Both the position numbers and the translations under genes were made by a program. Source: Octopus sinensis (Eukaryota). From it: a stretch of 64,000 nucleotides of DNA. Shown here piece after piece: positions 51,780-64,000 of this stretch; position 1 is the first letter of the stretch, and each line of letters begins with the position of its first letter. The stretch is taken from NCBI RefSeq assembly GCF_006345805.1, contig NC_042999.1, forward strand, positions 100,254,001 through 100,318,000. The letters are read 5' to 3'. A model generated the notes under the pieces. It ran no database searches. It worked only from the letters and a program-made list of their open reading frames with translations, and was not told the DNA's origin.

Positions 51780-52824
51780 CGTGTTTATAGTGTTTTACTG
51801 AAGCTAAAGTCTTCACAAATTATTACTCCGAGTTTCGCGTAACCTCTCCCACCTCTCTAGCTCTTTATCCGAACACACTTTCTTCTACACAAACTCCCTT
51901 ATTTGGCCTTTCTGTCTTAGATGTTAATTACCCAAGAGATTAATGAGGGAATATAGATGCGTTTGATGTATAACGATAGTCGAATAATCGATGTTGATAT
52001 AAGAGAGCAGGAAATGGTGCGTGGAGGACAGGAGCACAGTAGATAAAAGGATGTCAGAGATTGTTGTTAAAAGGGTCTTTGCAATAATCATAAAAGGGTT
52101 TCGTTGAGGGTAATTGAAGAAATGTGAGAGACCAGTGGAAATAGTATCTGAACTAAAAGAACTTGGGCAGGAAGAGATTTTGAACCAGAGATACGGGAAA
52201 TATTTGCTGCTGATGGCTATGCAAAAAACACAAGATGTGATGGGTGTGAACAAAGGGAAATTTAGATATGAAGGCTACCTTGAATAACAGACAATATATA
52301 ATATGTGCGTGTGCATGAATATATATGTGTGTGTGAGTATGACATTATTTCACATATAGCTAACATTGCGAGTCATTCCTTTGATCGCCTGTTGACTCAT
52401 AATCACAAGGATTTCGATACCATCTAATACCTCCCTCCAGTAGTACCAAGGACCATTAATATTACAGCTACATGCCGCCGTATTTTGTCTTTCAGTTAGT
52501 TAAAGATCTTTTCCTTCACTGATAACTGAGGTCTTTTTTTTTTATCACATTCTGCTTCTTCAATATCGTGAATTAAAATATTACTAATATTAAGAATAAT
52601 CAGAAAATTGTTATTTTATCCAGACTCGTATTTTTTCGGCTTTTAGACGTCTCACTCTGTTAATCCTACAACGCTCCAACCGATAAGTTCTTTCAGTTCA
52701 GGTTGACGTCTGTTATTTAAACAACCTTTCTCACTCTCTTTCTTGACTATATAGCCTAATTCACAAGAATAATATAGCATCATATAACGTTTAACCTTTG
52801 CTACTTGAAACCCTACCACTAGAA

Positions 52825-53045
52825 ATATGGATTTCAAATTTTGGCACAAGGCCAACAAGTTCTAAGGAAGAATTAAGTCGATTACATTGACCCCAGTGTT
52901 CTACTGGTACTTATTTTATCGACCCCGAATGGATGAAGAGCGAAGTCCACCTCGGCGAAATTTGAACTCAGAACATGAAATCGGACAAAATGTCACTAAG
53001 CATTTTGCCCGGCGTGCTAACGGTTTTGCCAGCTTGACGCTTTCC
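52825..53045 (-). mobile_element. SINE family B (older copy)
   Basis: Shared core with the alternative AAATTT...GGCCTTGTGCC-type 3' end. Confidence 0.8.
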
Positions 53046-53083
53046 TGTCACTAGAAATATTAAAGGTCATTCTGCAGCAATAC

Positions 53084-53315
53084 TTATTTCTTTATTACCC
53101 ACAAGGGGCTAAACATAGAGAGGACAAACAAGGACAGACATAGGTATTAAGTCGATTACATCGACCCCAGTGCGTAACTGGTACTTAATTTATCGACCCC
53201 GAAAGGATGAAAGGCAAAGTCGACCTCGGCGGAATTTGAACTCAGAACGTAGCGCCAGACGAAATACTGCTAAGCATTTTGCCCGGCGTGCTAACGGTTC
53301 TGCCAGCTTGACGCT
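53084..53315 (-). mobile_element. SINE family B (younger copy) flanked by an 88-bp duplication
   Basis: 52996-53083 is repeated at 53270-53357 with 3 mismatches. Confidence 0.85.
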
Positions 53316-54299
53316 TTCCTGTCACTAGAAATATTAAAGGTCATTTTGCAGTAATACTGTACAGCCCCAATCTCATAAAGCGTGGCGGTAAACCAAGCCA
53401 CTCTCATCGGAACTTGCTAGCGCACTTTTACATTTCTCTATTCTTGTCAGCGATATCTCAAGCCCTTGGAGTGACTATAATGTCCTTATCAAAGACCATG
53501 TTGGAAGCACACGTTTTCAAAGTTAGGTGAAATTATTTCAAATGGGAATTGAAACAATGATGACAACTTGACTCGTAAAGAGCTCGCTTCTTCCACTATA
53601 GCGTTCGCTTCTAGTGTAAAATGTTAAAACTAGAATCAAAGTGCAGCTAAGAGATATAACTGGTTTCTGTATGATACTTATTTATTCGATTTTCGAAAGA
53701 AGAATGGCAAGGTTGATGCAAGTAGTATTTGAACACCGAACATCAGAAATTAAGCTACGTATGATATTTAATCCCATGATCAATCGTTTAGCGAGGTTTT
53801 AATATTTCTTGTATAAATAATTGGTTTCTAACCTTGATAGAAAGCTATAAGTATAGTAAATTTTTCCTAAGCCCAGGAGGGATGATAAACAAAGCCAATC
53901 TCCTTAGAATTTGATCTTAAAATGTATAAAGAGACGTAACTAAATCCTGCAAAGCATTAATTTGTTCCAAAAGTGCATTCTTACTGACATTCTACCGGCC
54001 GTTCTGTTTCACTAAAGTAGCATACAGCAAAAATACAAAAGGAAACACGGATACCTAGAAGAAAATATTAGTAAAATGTAATTGAGAATAGGTAGACTAA
54101 TAGCAAATATTAAATTAACGTCTGGATCTAGATAATAGATTATCAATACACTTATTATTCCAGTTATTAATTATCATTTCAACGTAATAAACCGAAAACT
54201 AATTAATTTGAAAAAATGCTTAGAAAAATGACAAAAACTTGAAACTATAATTTTTCGAAGTTTACATAAGAACATTAGTTTTTAATACTTTCAAATGAA

Positions 54300-54705
54300 A
54301 AGGCAACGAGCTGGCAGAAATGTTAGCACGCCGGGCGAAATGCTTAGCGGGATTTCGTCTGTCTTTACGTTCTGAGTTCAAATTCTGCCGAGGTCGACTT
54401 TGCCTTTCAGAGTCGATAAATTAAGTACCAGTTTCGTACTGGGGGTCTATCTAATTGACTGGCCCCACCTCTCCAAAAATTTCGAGCCTTGTGCCTAGAA
54501 TAGAAAAGAATTGTTAACACTCTGGACGCTTAGCGGTAGTTCTTCCGGCTTTACGTTCTATGTTCAAATTCCGCTGTCGTCAACTTTGCCTTTCGTCCTT
54601 TCGGAGTCGATAAAATAAGTTCCAGTGGAGCACTGGGATCGATGTAATCCACTATCTCTGTTCCCCCACAAAATTTCACTGCTTGTGCTTATAGTAGAAA
54701 GAATA
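54300..54705 (+). mobile_element. Two adjacent SINE family B copies (54300-54512 and 54525-54705)
   Basis: Head AAGGCAACGAGCTGGCAGAAATGTTAGCACG, then a second 5'-truncated core. Confidence 0.8.
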
Positions 54706-55633
54706 TATACTGTTTAGGATAATTGTTAGTGCAATCGTATGGTAAACAATAGTTAAGCGGTTCGCTCCTTGTGCTAGGATCAGCTCTACTTTCCAGCGTG
54801 CAGCCCAAGCTGTGTGGATTCGAAATTTGTATCGCAACACCTGACGCTTTTTTTTTTCTGCATTTTCATTCCTTTACTATTGGATAATTAACCCCAAAAC
54901 AGCTATTTATAAGACAGAGTACCTGAGTCTATTTTACTGCTTTAAAATAATCAAGAATAAGTGAAACGCGTGTCCATCCTGTGCAGTTATTTGGCCAATT
55001 CACTATGAAAACCCAACTGAACAAAGTACTGAAGTCGAATCATAACTTAAACTCTTAATGACAGTGATCTAGTATGGCTGCAGCCCAATGACTGAAATTA
55101 GTAAGAAGTAACTATGGTTCTTTTAGATATCTTATTTCTGTTGATATCTATTTGCTTTCCTCTTTAAAAGGTTATTACCTTTAACAACGGAAGAAATTTC
55201 TAACCTCGTGATTACGAATTTTGTACAATCCATCACCATTTATTAAAAAAATGAAACGTTGTCCATGATACACCTTTATTGATATCTTTCTTAAACACAT
55301 AATCTATCCGAAAACACGGGTTTCTTCAATGTGACTGAACATAATTTTTATTAATTACAGATGACGTACAGTTACTTCTATCTGCTGTTTTACCACTGCA
55401 AAGCAGTTGTTGTGGATCACTGATGATTTACAGCGTATTCACTATACCTTTTCTGCCACTTCAAAACACGTTACATCAATGTTACTGAATATAATATGAT
55501 GTTATGCTCACTGTCGATGTATCTGCCTTTTGTAATGCTACTATAACTGTATCTGTATCTCAGAATTAAAGGAGCTGGTAGTGCTTAACTGCGTAATTCA
55601 TCAACTTTAGCTCATTTGCAACATGCACATATA

Positions 55634-55850
55634 TTTATTTACTACCCACAAGGGGCTAAACATAGAGGGGACAAACAAGGACAGACAAAGGGATAAAGTC
55701 GTTAAGATCGACCCCAGTGCGAAACTAGTACTTTATTTATTGACCCTGAAAGGATGAAAGGCAAAGTCGACCTCGGCGGAATTTGAACTCAGAACGTAAC
55801 GACAGACGAAATACGGCTACGCATTTCACCCGGCGTGCTAACGATTCTGC
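55634..55850 (-). mobile_element. SINE family B, slightly 5'-truncated
   Basis: Near-identical to 46732-46965. Confidence 0.85.
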
Positions 55851-56279
55851 TGCACGTACACACACATACACATACCGCATGAAATGTTATACTCACACTC
55901 TAGAGTTGCAACGCTGTGGAATTCCTTCCAATCTGCCCCATATTTTTGTTCTTGCAGATATTGGCTTGCAGACTTTCGAATTTAAAATCCACTACCTGAA
56001 TTTCACTTGACTATAACAAACTGCAATGTTCATGGGCACTGAACCTCTTCTTCTAACTAATTAATTAAAACAAAGCAATGCACTGCCTTGTTCTGCAGAA
56101 GACCAAAATATTTGTTCAATAAGATTGACGCCTTACAATTGTAGGTTCGAATAATGCTCGAGGTTGATGAAGTTATTTTTCTGTTGTCGATAAGTGCCGG
56201 TTGTTGTTTTTTTTTTTTTGCTGTCGTCTATGCCGTTGTTGTTGTTGCTTTTATCGTCATTGGTTTCTTTGTTGTTGCT

Positions 56280-56460
56280 GTTCTTTAGTTTCTGATCAGC
56301 TCTGATGGAACAGACTTATGATCAAAGTTATTCCAGTCGTGACCACCCCGTATTTTTCAGACATACAGTAACCAGGACTATATTATTTAATCTGTCCGTT
56401 TCTAAAGACCGTGCTATATCTTGAGGAGCATCTGACTAATGTTACCTCCAACAGATCACT
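56280..56460 (-). mobile_element. Degraded SINE-like family D
   Basis: Homologous to 46300-46500; (AAC)-type tail on the minus strand. Confidence 0.45.
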
Positions 56461-57436
56461 CAAGTAGATTGCATAATATCAAGAAAACTTCAAGTGACTT
56501 TCACACCTATATTCAATCAAAATCCAAGACCATCTTCTGTTGTTCCCAAGCACTAGTGTACATAAAACCATAATATCAGACGTGTTCTTTTTTCATCAGT
56601 AAGGTATCCTTGTTGGAGTACTATTTTCAGTGAGTATCATGAGCAACTACATTGTGTCTCCTCGTGAAAGGTCGCATCAGATACAGTAGCTTAGTTATAA
56701 GGAAAGAACTGTTCAAACAATTATATTTGAAAGCTTTCCTTTTCTCCATTCAATCTACTAACACTTTGTGTCTAAAATGGCGCCGTTTTGGTCCAAATTA
56801 ATGAGTTTCTTTTAAATCTCATCTCATTTTTTATTCAAAATAGAAGCAGCTCGTACAAAACAACCGCTTGTAGTCACTATTCCTCTAACAAATGGCTAAA
56901 TATTAACATCTATCATATTTCCCCTAACATATTGTATATTTATTTATGTCTTCGTTATCAATTTCTAGTTGTTGTAAAAGTTGTTGTTCTTAGTTTCCTT
57001 TGCTATATTTCCAGCAGCTTCATTAGAATAATCCATATGTTTTCTATGTTTACTATAAGCTAGCTGGTTTTTGTATTTTTTGAATCATTTTCTAAGGATT
57101 ATTTTAAATAATTAATTACTTTAAAAACAGGTAAAGAATAAATAAAATATAAGAAATATGAAATGATACGAAATGAATTTTTAAAAAAATGCTTATATAT
57201 CTTTTTACTGAAAGAGAATGCTTTTGACATCCCTGTTGCTTAAACCGTTTCTTACTGCCATTCACATGTATTTCTAATGCCTATATTAATAAAATTCCAG
57301 AAAACAGTCGAGAATAAATTTGGTTAATATATTTTTTTTTCTTCATCTGCATATAATTTCAGAAATTTTGAATAGATTTATACTTTGTCATATACAGCTA
57401 TGAATTATTTTCCACAATCTCCCAGGAATAATAATA

Positions 57437-57487
<51 letters not shown>

Positions 57488-59885
57488 CAACAACAAAAAC
57501 ATCGCCATTTCGAACACATTGAAATAAGTCATTCATTTATTCACTGTTTTATAACTAATTGTTCTGCTTTCCGCTGCAGAAGAAAGGAATAATTCATAAT
57601 TCCCTTAGTTTCCAGTGCCCAATACAGTGTGTGCGTGCTTGTATAAATGTGTGTGAGTGTGTGTGTGTGTGTGAGTGTGTGTGTGTTGTGTGTGTGTGTG
57701 TGTGTGTCTGTGTGTACGTGTGTGTGTGTATGTATGTATGTATGTATGTATGTATGTATGTATGTATGTATGTACCAGTTGACGTTTTACTCAACACTAA
57801 CTTCATCTGCAGATTTGCAGGACAAAATTCTAAAGAACTTTAACATCAAGTTTTCATTTTTGAGATGTTCTATGCAATATTTTCTTTTAAAATTTATTTC
57901 TCTTTTTGCTTATTTTATTATGTATTTTACTCGATTTTTGACCGACAACAGCATTTCCTTGGCGTTTTTTGTTTATTTTTTCTTAGATTCATGTCATTTC
58001 AATTTTACTGCTATATTGATGATATTATAATAAGCTGATTAAAGAATACCAGATAGCAAAGAATATGAGATTTAGACTTTAGAACTGATAATGACTATAA
58101 TGACAAAAGCTTCGATTTATCTAATGCGCTATTTACTATTTGTTAACACTATTTGTTCTGTATCTCTCTGTTGGTCACTAATGTAAAATGGCCTTCGCAG
58201 ATGTATGATCCATTTATTTATTTTGTTTTTTTTTTGTTTTCTGACGTATATCTGAAAGCTTTATCCACAAAGTCAAAGTTCAGAAAGACGTTTGTCAATC
58301 AATTTAACACTTAACGCGTTTAAACATATGAAACAATAAGTAAAACTTAATTTTTAAAATTGATGAAGGAATTGTTCGTTAAGGTTATGTAAGCTGCTTA
58401 TGAGGTTTGATGTTTTTTCGAAACGATTTTAGTATGTTGGTTTTTTGATGTTTTTTTTTTACATTGGTGCCAAATCATAGATTGATATGAGTGAAAGTTT
58501 TGTCGATTTAAGCTCATTATAACATATTACTGGTACTTATCGGCTCTGAGTGAATGAAAATAGAATGAGTCCCCGGAAAGATACCTCAGAACATAAAATA
58601 ACTTAAGTAGATAGCGCAAGTTATTTTTCCATTACTGCATTATTTTGCTATCTATCATATTTTGTTCACTTTTAAAATACTTTCCTAAAAAATCTATGCA
58701 TAATTTTATATTGACAAACTCAGTGCATAAATTTAAGTGTAAAAAATACGCGAAATGACAAATATCTTTAAAATTCAAATTGGACAAGTCTCAGCAAATC
58801 TTAACAGCCATTGTAATGAGCAGCTAGAGAAAGTTGTCAGATCCTGAAAAGTAAATCTGGCATCAAATTTTGCTTTCGGGTTGAAGCTAATTAACCTCTC
58901 ATATTATGCTAATCTACTTGAGAAATTCATGAATGTCATTCCACCTTGTTAAATCTTTTAATTAAAGACCCCTTAATAATGGTAACTACTTGGAGCAGCT
59001 ACATTATTTGTGATACCTACTGACATTAGTAAATTAAATATCACATCTACAGTGCTTACTTCGATCAGGTGAATTCTATTTTATCATAGTACCTGTTTAA
59101 AATAGTGAGGTGCATGCTGTTCTATGTATCAACTAATTAGATCTTTTCTTTATTATCTACTTACAGCAGTGAATTAAAAATGACTCCCGTAGCACCTGCT
59201 TAAAAATGAGTGTGTTTAGTCAATGAGAGTACGTTTCTTGCCCTCTTACATAGCCCACTACCCACTCGCCCCCCATTTGAACCCAAGCTCTTCCTAATGA
59301 ATATCTTGTATTGACTCAACACTCTCATTAGCTATGTATTAAATAATTTGAATCTTAAATTAGAAATTGTGACCAGGTCGTGAACCCTGTGTGCTAAGAG
59401 CTTAGTGTCTACAATAGAGCATTCGGCCGCTGACAGAAAGAACCGTACATGTCCCAACTATTTCTCTTATTTTGTTGTATAGCAAAAGTGGGAGCGAGAA
59501 AAGCATACTAAACAAGATCATAAAAGTAAATGGAAAATTAGATTAGTGAAATCTTCAAACAAGACGAGAACATTAAAATGAGTTTCAAAAACAGTATTTG
59601 AGGTAAATACGAATGGGGAGAAAAAGGAATCCGGATTAAAAATAGAAAGTTGGGGAGAAAAAGGAGGCCTCCAAATATGAATTACATTTTTTTTTAAATG
59701 ATACTGAGCATAAAGAAGCTGACACTTCAGTGATAAATATGAGTAACTTTAAAACAGAATGATGAAGGGGAAATGATGACGGGTGTAACAGGAAAAACTA
59801 TAGAAATAACGTATATGAAAGTCATACACAGTATTGTATCAGTGAAGGCCAATAGTGAGCATATGAAATATTTCATTCATATATA

Positions 59886-60032
59886 TAGGGTTGGCCAAAA
59901 GTTACCTGGCAGTCAATCAAAGTCATTGAATTCCAAGATTAAAACAAAAGACTATTTTATATGAGACGTCGCTAATAAACAGATGTCGAAAAAAAAAAAC
60001 GTGATTTTAACTCGTGATTTTGGCAAACCCTG
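59886..60032. mobile_element. 147-bp Tc1/mariner-type MITE
   Basis: TIRs TAGGGTTGGCCAAAA / TTTTGGCAAACCCTG with TA on both sides. Confidence 0.7.
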
Positions 60033-60488
60033 TATGTATGTGTGTGTGTGTACAAAATTTAGAGAATGAAGTAGATAAAATCCAGGCTACATATTCATAG
60101 CAAGTAAATTGTCCAAATACGGGATAGAAAATAAGCTACACTTCAGGCCAAGTATAACATGATGATATGAAGTTTATATTGCCGTTAGGAGACCCGGTGT
60201 AAACTCGTTGGGGATTCGATTGAGGTTCCGCTAGCTACAAAACATATGCAACCTGGATTTTATGGAATCCATTCCCTCGATTTTGGATGTTTATTCGCAT
60301 AAACAATATGTTGTAAGCGTGAACTATAGAATTAACTTTTTTCAACTTACAGCACTTCGGTACGGGAAAAATTCACAACCTTCTGCGCCAACAAAAAAAA
60401 ATTGCTCCTGAAAGTTGTTTTTCAAAATCTTCTACGGATTGCTTGGAGCCCACTAACTTCCGACATCTTCATCCTTGGATCTTACTTC

Positions 60489-60489
<1 letters not shown>

Positions 60490-60533
<44 letters not shown>

Positions 60534-60668
60534 GTATTTATACATGTATGTATATATATGTACGTATATATGTCTGTATATATATGTATATATATATATG
60601 TATATATGTATGTATATATATATATATGTATATATGTATGTATTTATATATATATGTATATATGTATG

Positions 60669-60700
<32 letters not shown>

Positions 60701-60799
60701 TATATGTATATATGTATATATATATGTGTATATGTTTATATGTATGTATATATGCATATATATATATGTATATATGTACGTATATATATATGCATATAT

Positions 60800-60839
<40 letters not shown>

Positions 60840-60846
60840 TTGTATG

Positions 60847-60881
<35 letters not shown>

Positions 60882-60920
60882 TAGTGTGTCTGTGTCTGTG
60901 TTTATGTATATAGTTACAGT
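60490..60920. repeat. (TA)n/(TATG)n microsatellite field
   Basis: Read directly. Confidence 0.9.
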
Positions 60921-61567
60921 ATGCCTATGCCCTAAACATGTAAACTAACTTTGAGAAATTATTTCACAATTTCTTGAAATTACTTTTTCTTTTTAAGTTG
61001 TTGTTAACACCTGCTGCTAAATTTTCAGAAACACTGATCTAGAACATAATTATCCTATATGCATCTGCTTTTAAGACGGAAATACGTTTCTGAGAGACAT
61101 TTGGCTACTATTTTTAGCAGTGAACACGGATTTGTTATGGAAATGTCATGTCAATTCTAACTAAGCCGACCCATGACCAAACTATTCTATCCCTGACTAT
61201 TCAGCCTTTATTTAAGATAACGTGTACGTAAGACTGCATTGCCTAATGTGTTGTTGGTGTTGCTTAGCTTCGCTTCAACTCTAACTCAGCAGACGTCAGA
61301 ATAAAAACATTCCGACCGCGATCATTCTGTCGCTTTTTCAAATATAGCATAAGTGTGACTACATTAAGCAATGCATCTTTCCGTTTTTATTATGGTAGAC
61401 TATGAGTTGAGGACAGTTCGGCTACTATATCTAGTAAACCAGGTGATCATGTAAAGGATTCCCGTACCATGAAATAAAATCGTCGGTCTAACTTGAAGCT
61501 TGCTTTTTGTTATATATTTTTCCTTCAGTGCTGTACCCTGTCTAATCTTATCCGTGCGTATATTTGA

Positions 61568-61601
<34 letters not shown>

Positions 61602-62509
61602 CATGTATGTATGTATGTATGTATGCATGCATGCATGCATGTATGTATGTATGTATGTATGTATGTATGTATGTATGTATGCATGTATGTATGTATTTTA
61701 TTTGACCAACACCATCTTAATTGTAAATTAATGACATGCTTACTTTTTTTCTTTCATCTGCAGCCTTAAAGACCAAAAACAGAATTTGATACGATCAAAC
61801 GCTGTCCACGACCAATCGACTCATTCAAAGATCTATGCAACATAACTAAAACTATTCACTTCAAATGTGCAGTGCAGAAAACATGAACAAGATCAAAAAC
61901 GACCATGTGATAGAGCGATACCCATGGCTAGAATGCAGAACACACGGACAATGATTTCACCCAACAATATAATGTTGTTGTTTATTTATTTTTAAAATGG
62001 CTATATTGTAAACAAGAAAGTATTTATTCTAATCACCAAACATACTGCTTGCCATTTTAATCAATTCAGAGGAATTTTATTGAGCAATTTCAGAATATGC
62101 ATACATTAATATATGACAATACTCTGCTGCCATTTCTGATAAAAAGAAAACTCATATTTCAAAAATTAAACTATATTTTAAATAGCAAATTTTACAAATG
62201 AATTGAAGCAGCAAAGTAATTATTTACTTCAGTGTATGAAAGCATATAAATACATATGTTTCAAACATAACTGACCATGCTGTAGGCAAAACAAATTTTG
62301 GGTTTGTATAACCCACTACCTCGAAACTTCGGCAGATGAAGTGTACGGCAATGATTCTACGGGTTTCCAGCAGAGTGGTTCTCCTTGTGATTCCTTATGA
62401 TTTGCTGCATGCAATTTAAAAATAGTAATAAACAAAATATAATGGTCATACACTAATTTGAAGCTGAACACCAGTGATGAAGAGATATATTTAATTAAAA
62501 GCTAAAAGT

Positions 62510-62605
62510 AACAGGAAAATTATTACCGTATATAAAAATATAAATATATACATATATATATGTATATATATATAGAAAATTATTACCGTATATAAAAATA
62601 TATAT

Positions 62606-62683
<78 letters not shown>

Positions 62684-62765
62684 AATATATACACGTGTAT
62701 GTATACATATATATACACGTATATGTAAACATATATATACACGTATATGTACACATATATACTTA

Positions 62766-62835
<70 letters not shown>
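62510..62835. repeat. (TA)n field containing a duplicated GAAAATTATTACCGTATATAAAAATATA unit
   Basis: Two copies about 60 bp apart, then (TA)n. Confidence 0.85.
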
Positions 62836-63443
62836 ATGTAAATGCAAATGTATATGTTTTTAAGTCACTTAAAACATATTTACACTTGTTATTGCTGAAA
62901 AATTAGGTTTTCGAATATAACATACCCAGAGAGATCAGTGAAGCAACGTTATGGAAGAAATATGCACCTAAAACTATTTGCCTACTTCTTTAAAGAATAT
63001 GTCAATGTTTCATGTAAACACTACAAAACTCAGTTATTTCGTGAAATATTCAATTTTATGTAATTTAGATAGTCACAAGAACAAATTCAATTTCGCTTAA
63101 AGTACTACAGATATTCCGAGGGAAATGTGTGCGCAAACTACTTACCTTAGCATTAAAGTGAATTAATTGCGAAGAATTAATAATTTCAGAATATTTGCTA
63201 TCCAATTGGAGTGAGAAAACCTAAACATTTAAAAATGGAAAATTTTGGCAAATTTAATATGGACAACAGACCAATCTATGAATATAGGTATATATCAATA
63301 TGAAATTTTCAGCTTTTATTCAAGTTCCACTCTCCTGTGTATGTAAGTATAATATTTAATTCTCTGAGTTTTATATTCAACTTAGTTATTTGTCTATAGA
63401 ATACTACACTGCTCATCTATCTCTCACAACATTGAATGAATGG

Positions 63444-63482
<39 letters not shown>

Positions 63483-63919
63483 ATTATGCATATTGAATTT
63501 ATGCACATATACATATTTTATTACAAATACACCAAACATTAATAGATCAATGAGATGCAACTTTTGTATAGCCGAATAAACTCATGTCCTTTAAAAAGAA
63601 TTCGCCCAATCTACCGAATTCTAAAATTTCCACAAAATGCAAGCATCATGATGAGGTTCTATTATCGAACTGGAGAACACCACCCCTTTCAGATTCAGTC
63701 ACACAAACTTTAACCCTTTTCCTCTCGAATTAATGCGATTCTTATCTCCCTTCCCTCATTTTCTCGTTTTTTTTTTACACTTTCCTCTCACGTTCCGTCA
63801 TGCTTTTTCTCAGACAGAAGTTATGTTTATTTTGAGCCAGCACGCTATACCCCTCCAACTATCAGAGCATGAAACTCATAGTAGCTCACATTTATATGTT
63901 TATTAAATGATACATGTAT

Positions 63920-63933
63920 GTGTGTGTATGTGC

Positions 63934-64000
<67 letters not shown>
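63920..64000. repeat. (TG)n/(TA)n microsatellite running off the window end
   Basis: Read directly. Confidence 0.95.

Noticed and set aside
51924-52253. Possible CR1/L2 linker remnant on the minus strand
   Set aside because: Only a faint resemblance across frames, too degraded to call.
62315-62345. CCTCGAAACTTCGGCAGATGAAG
   Set aside because: Core fragments are in an order and spacing that cannot form the three-way junction.

Overview
AT-rich eukaryotic DNA saturated with repeats and microsatellites, with one 100-N assembly gap (11954-12053). The repeat content looks most like an octopus genome; this is an inference, not a database result. I found no host protein-coding exon, rRNA, true tRNA or CRISPR array, and almost all ORF-track entries are translations of (TA)n, (CA)n or (TATG)n. 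Recognisable parts are decayed mobile elements: four SINE-like families (local labels A-D), R4/Dong-type restriction-like-endonuclease (RLE) LINE fragments sitting in trinucleotide microsatellites, a Tx1/L1-type fragment, an RTE fragment, Penelope-like element (PLE) fragments, Tc1 and mariner relics, several MITEs and a non-autonomous Helitron. The most interesting layer is a set of short (TA)n-associated elements carrying hammerhead-ribozyme (HHR) motifs. The best is a fully paired type I HHR on the minus strand at 39687-39729. It has a U3:A8 core swap and a loop-less palindromic stem III, caps a ~126-nt rod, and lies in a 360-nt terminally redundant unit with a fold-back inversion (retrozyme or PLE pseudo-LTR-like). 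Two further degenerate HHR families occur at 13057-16100 (a U4C variant) and 49097-50030. Fold-back palindromes, a chimeric RLE LINE and unusual SINE insertion junctions are also present. No ribozyme activity or expression can be shown from sequence alone.
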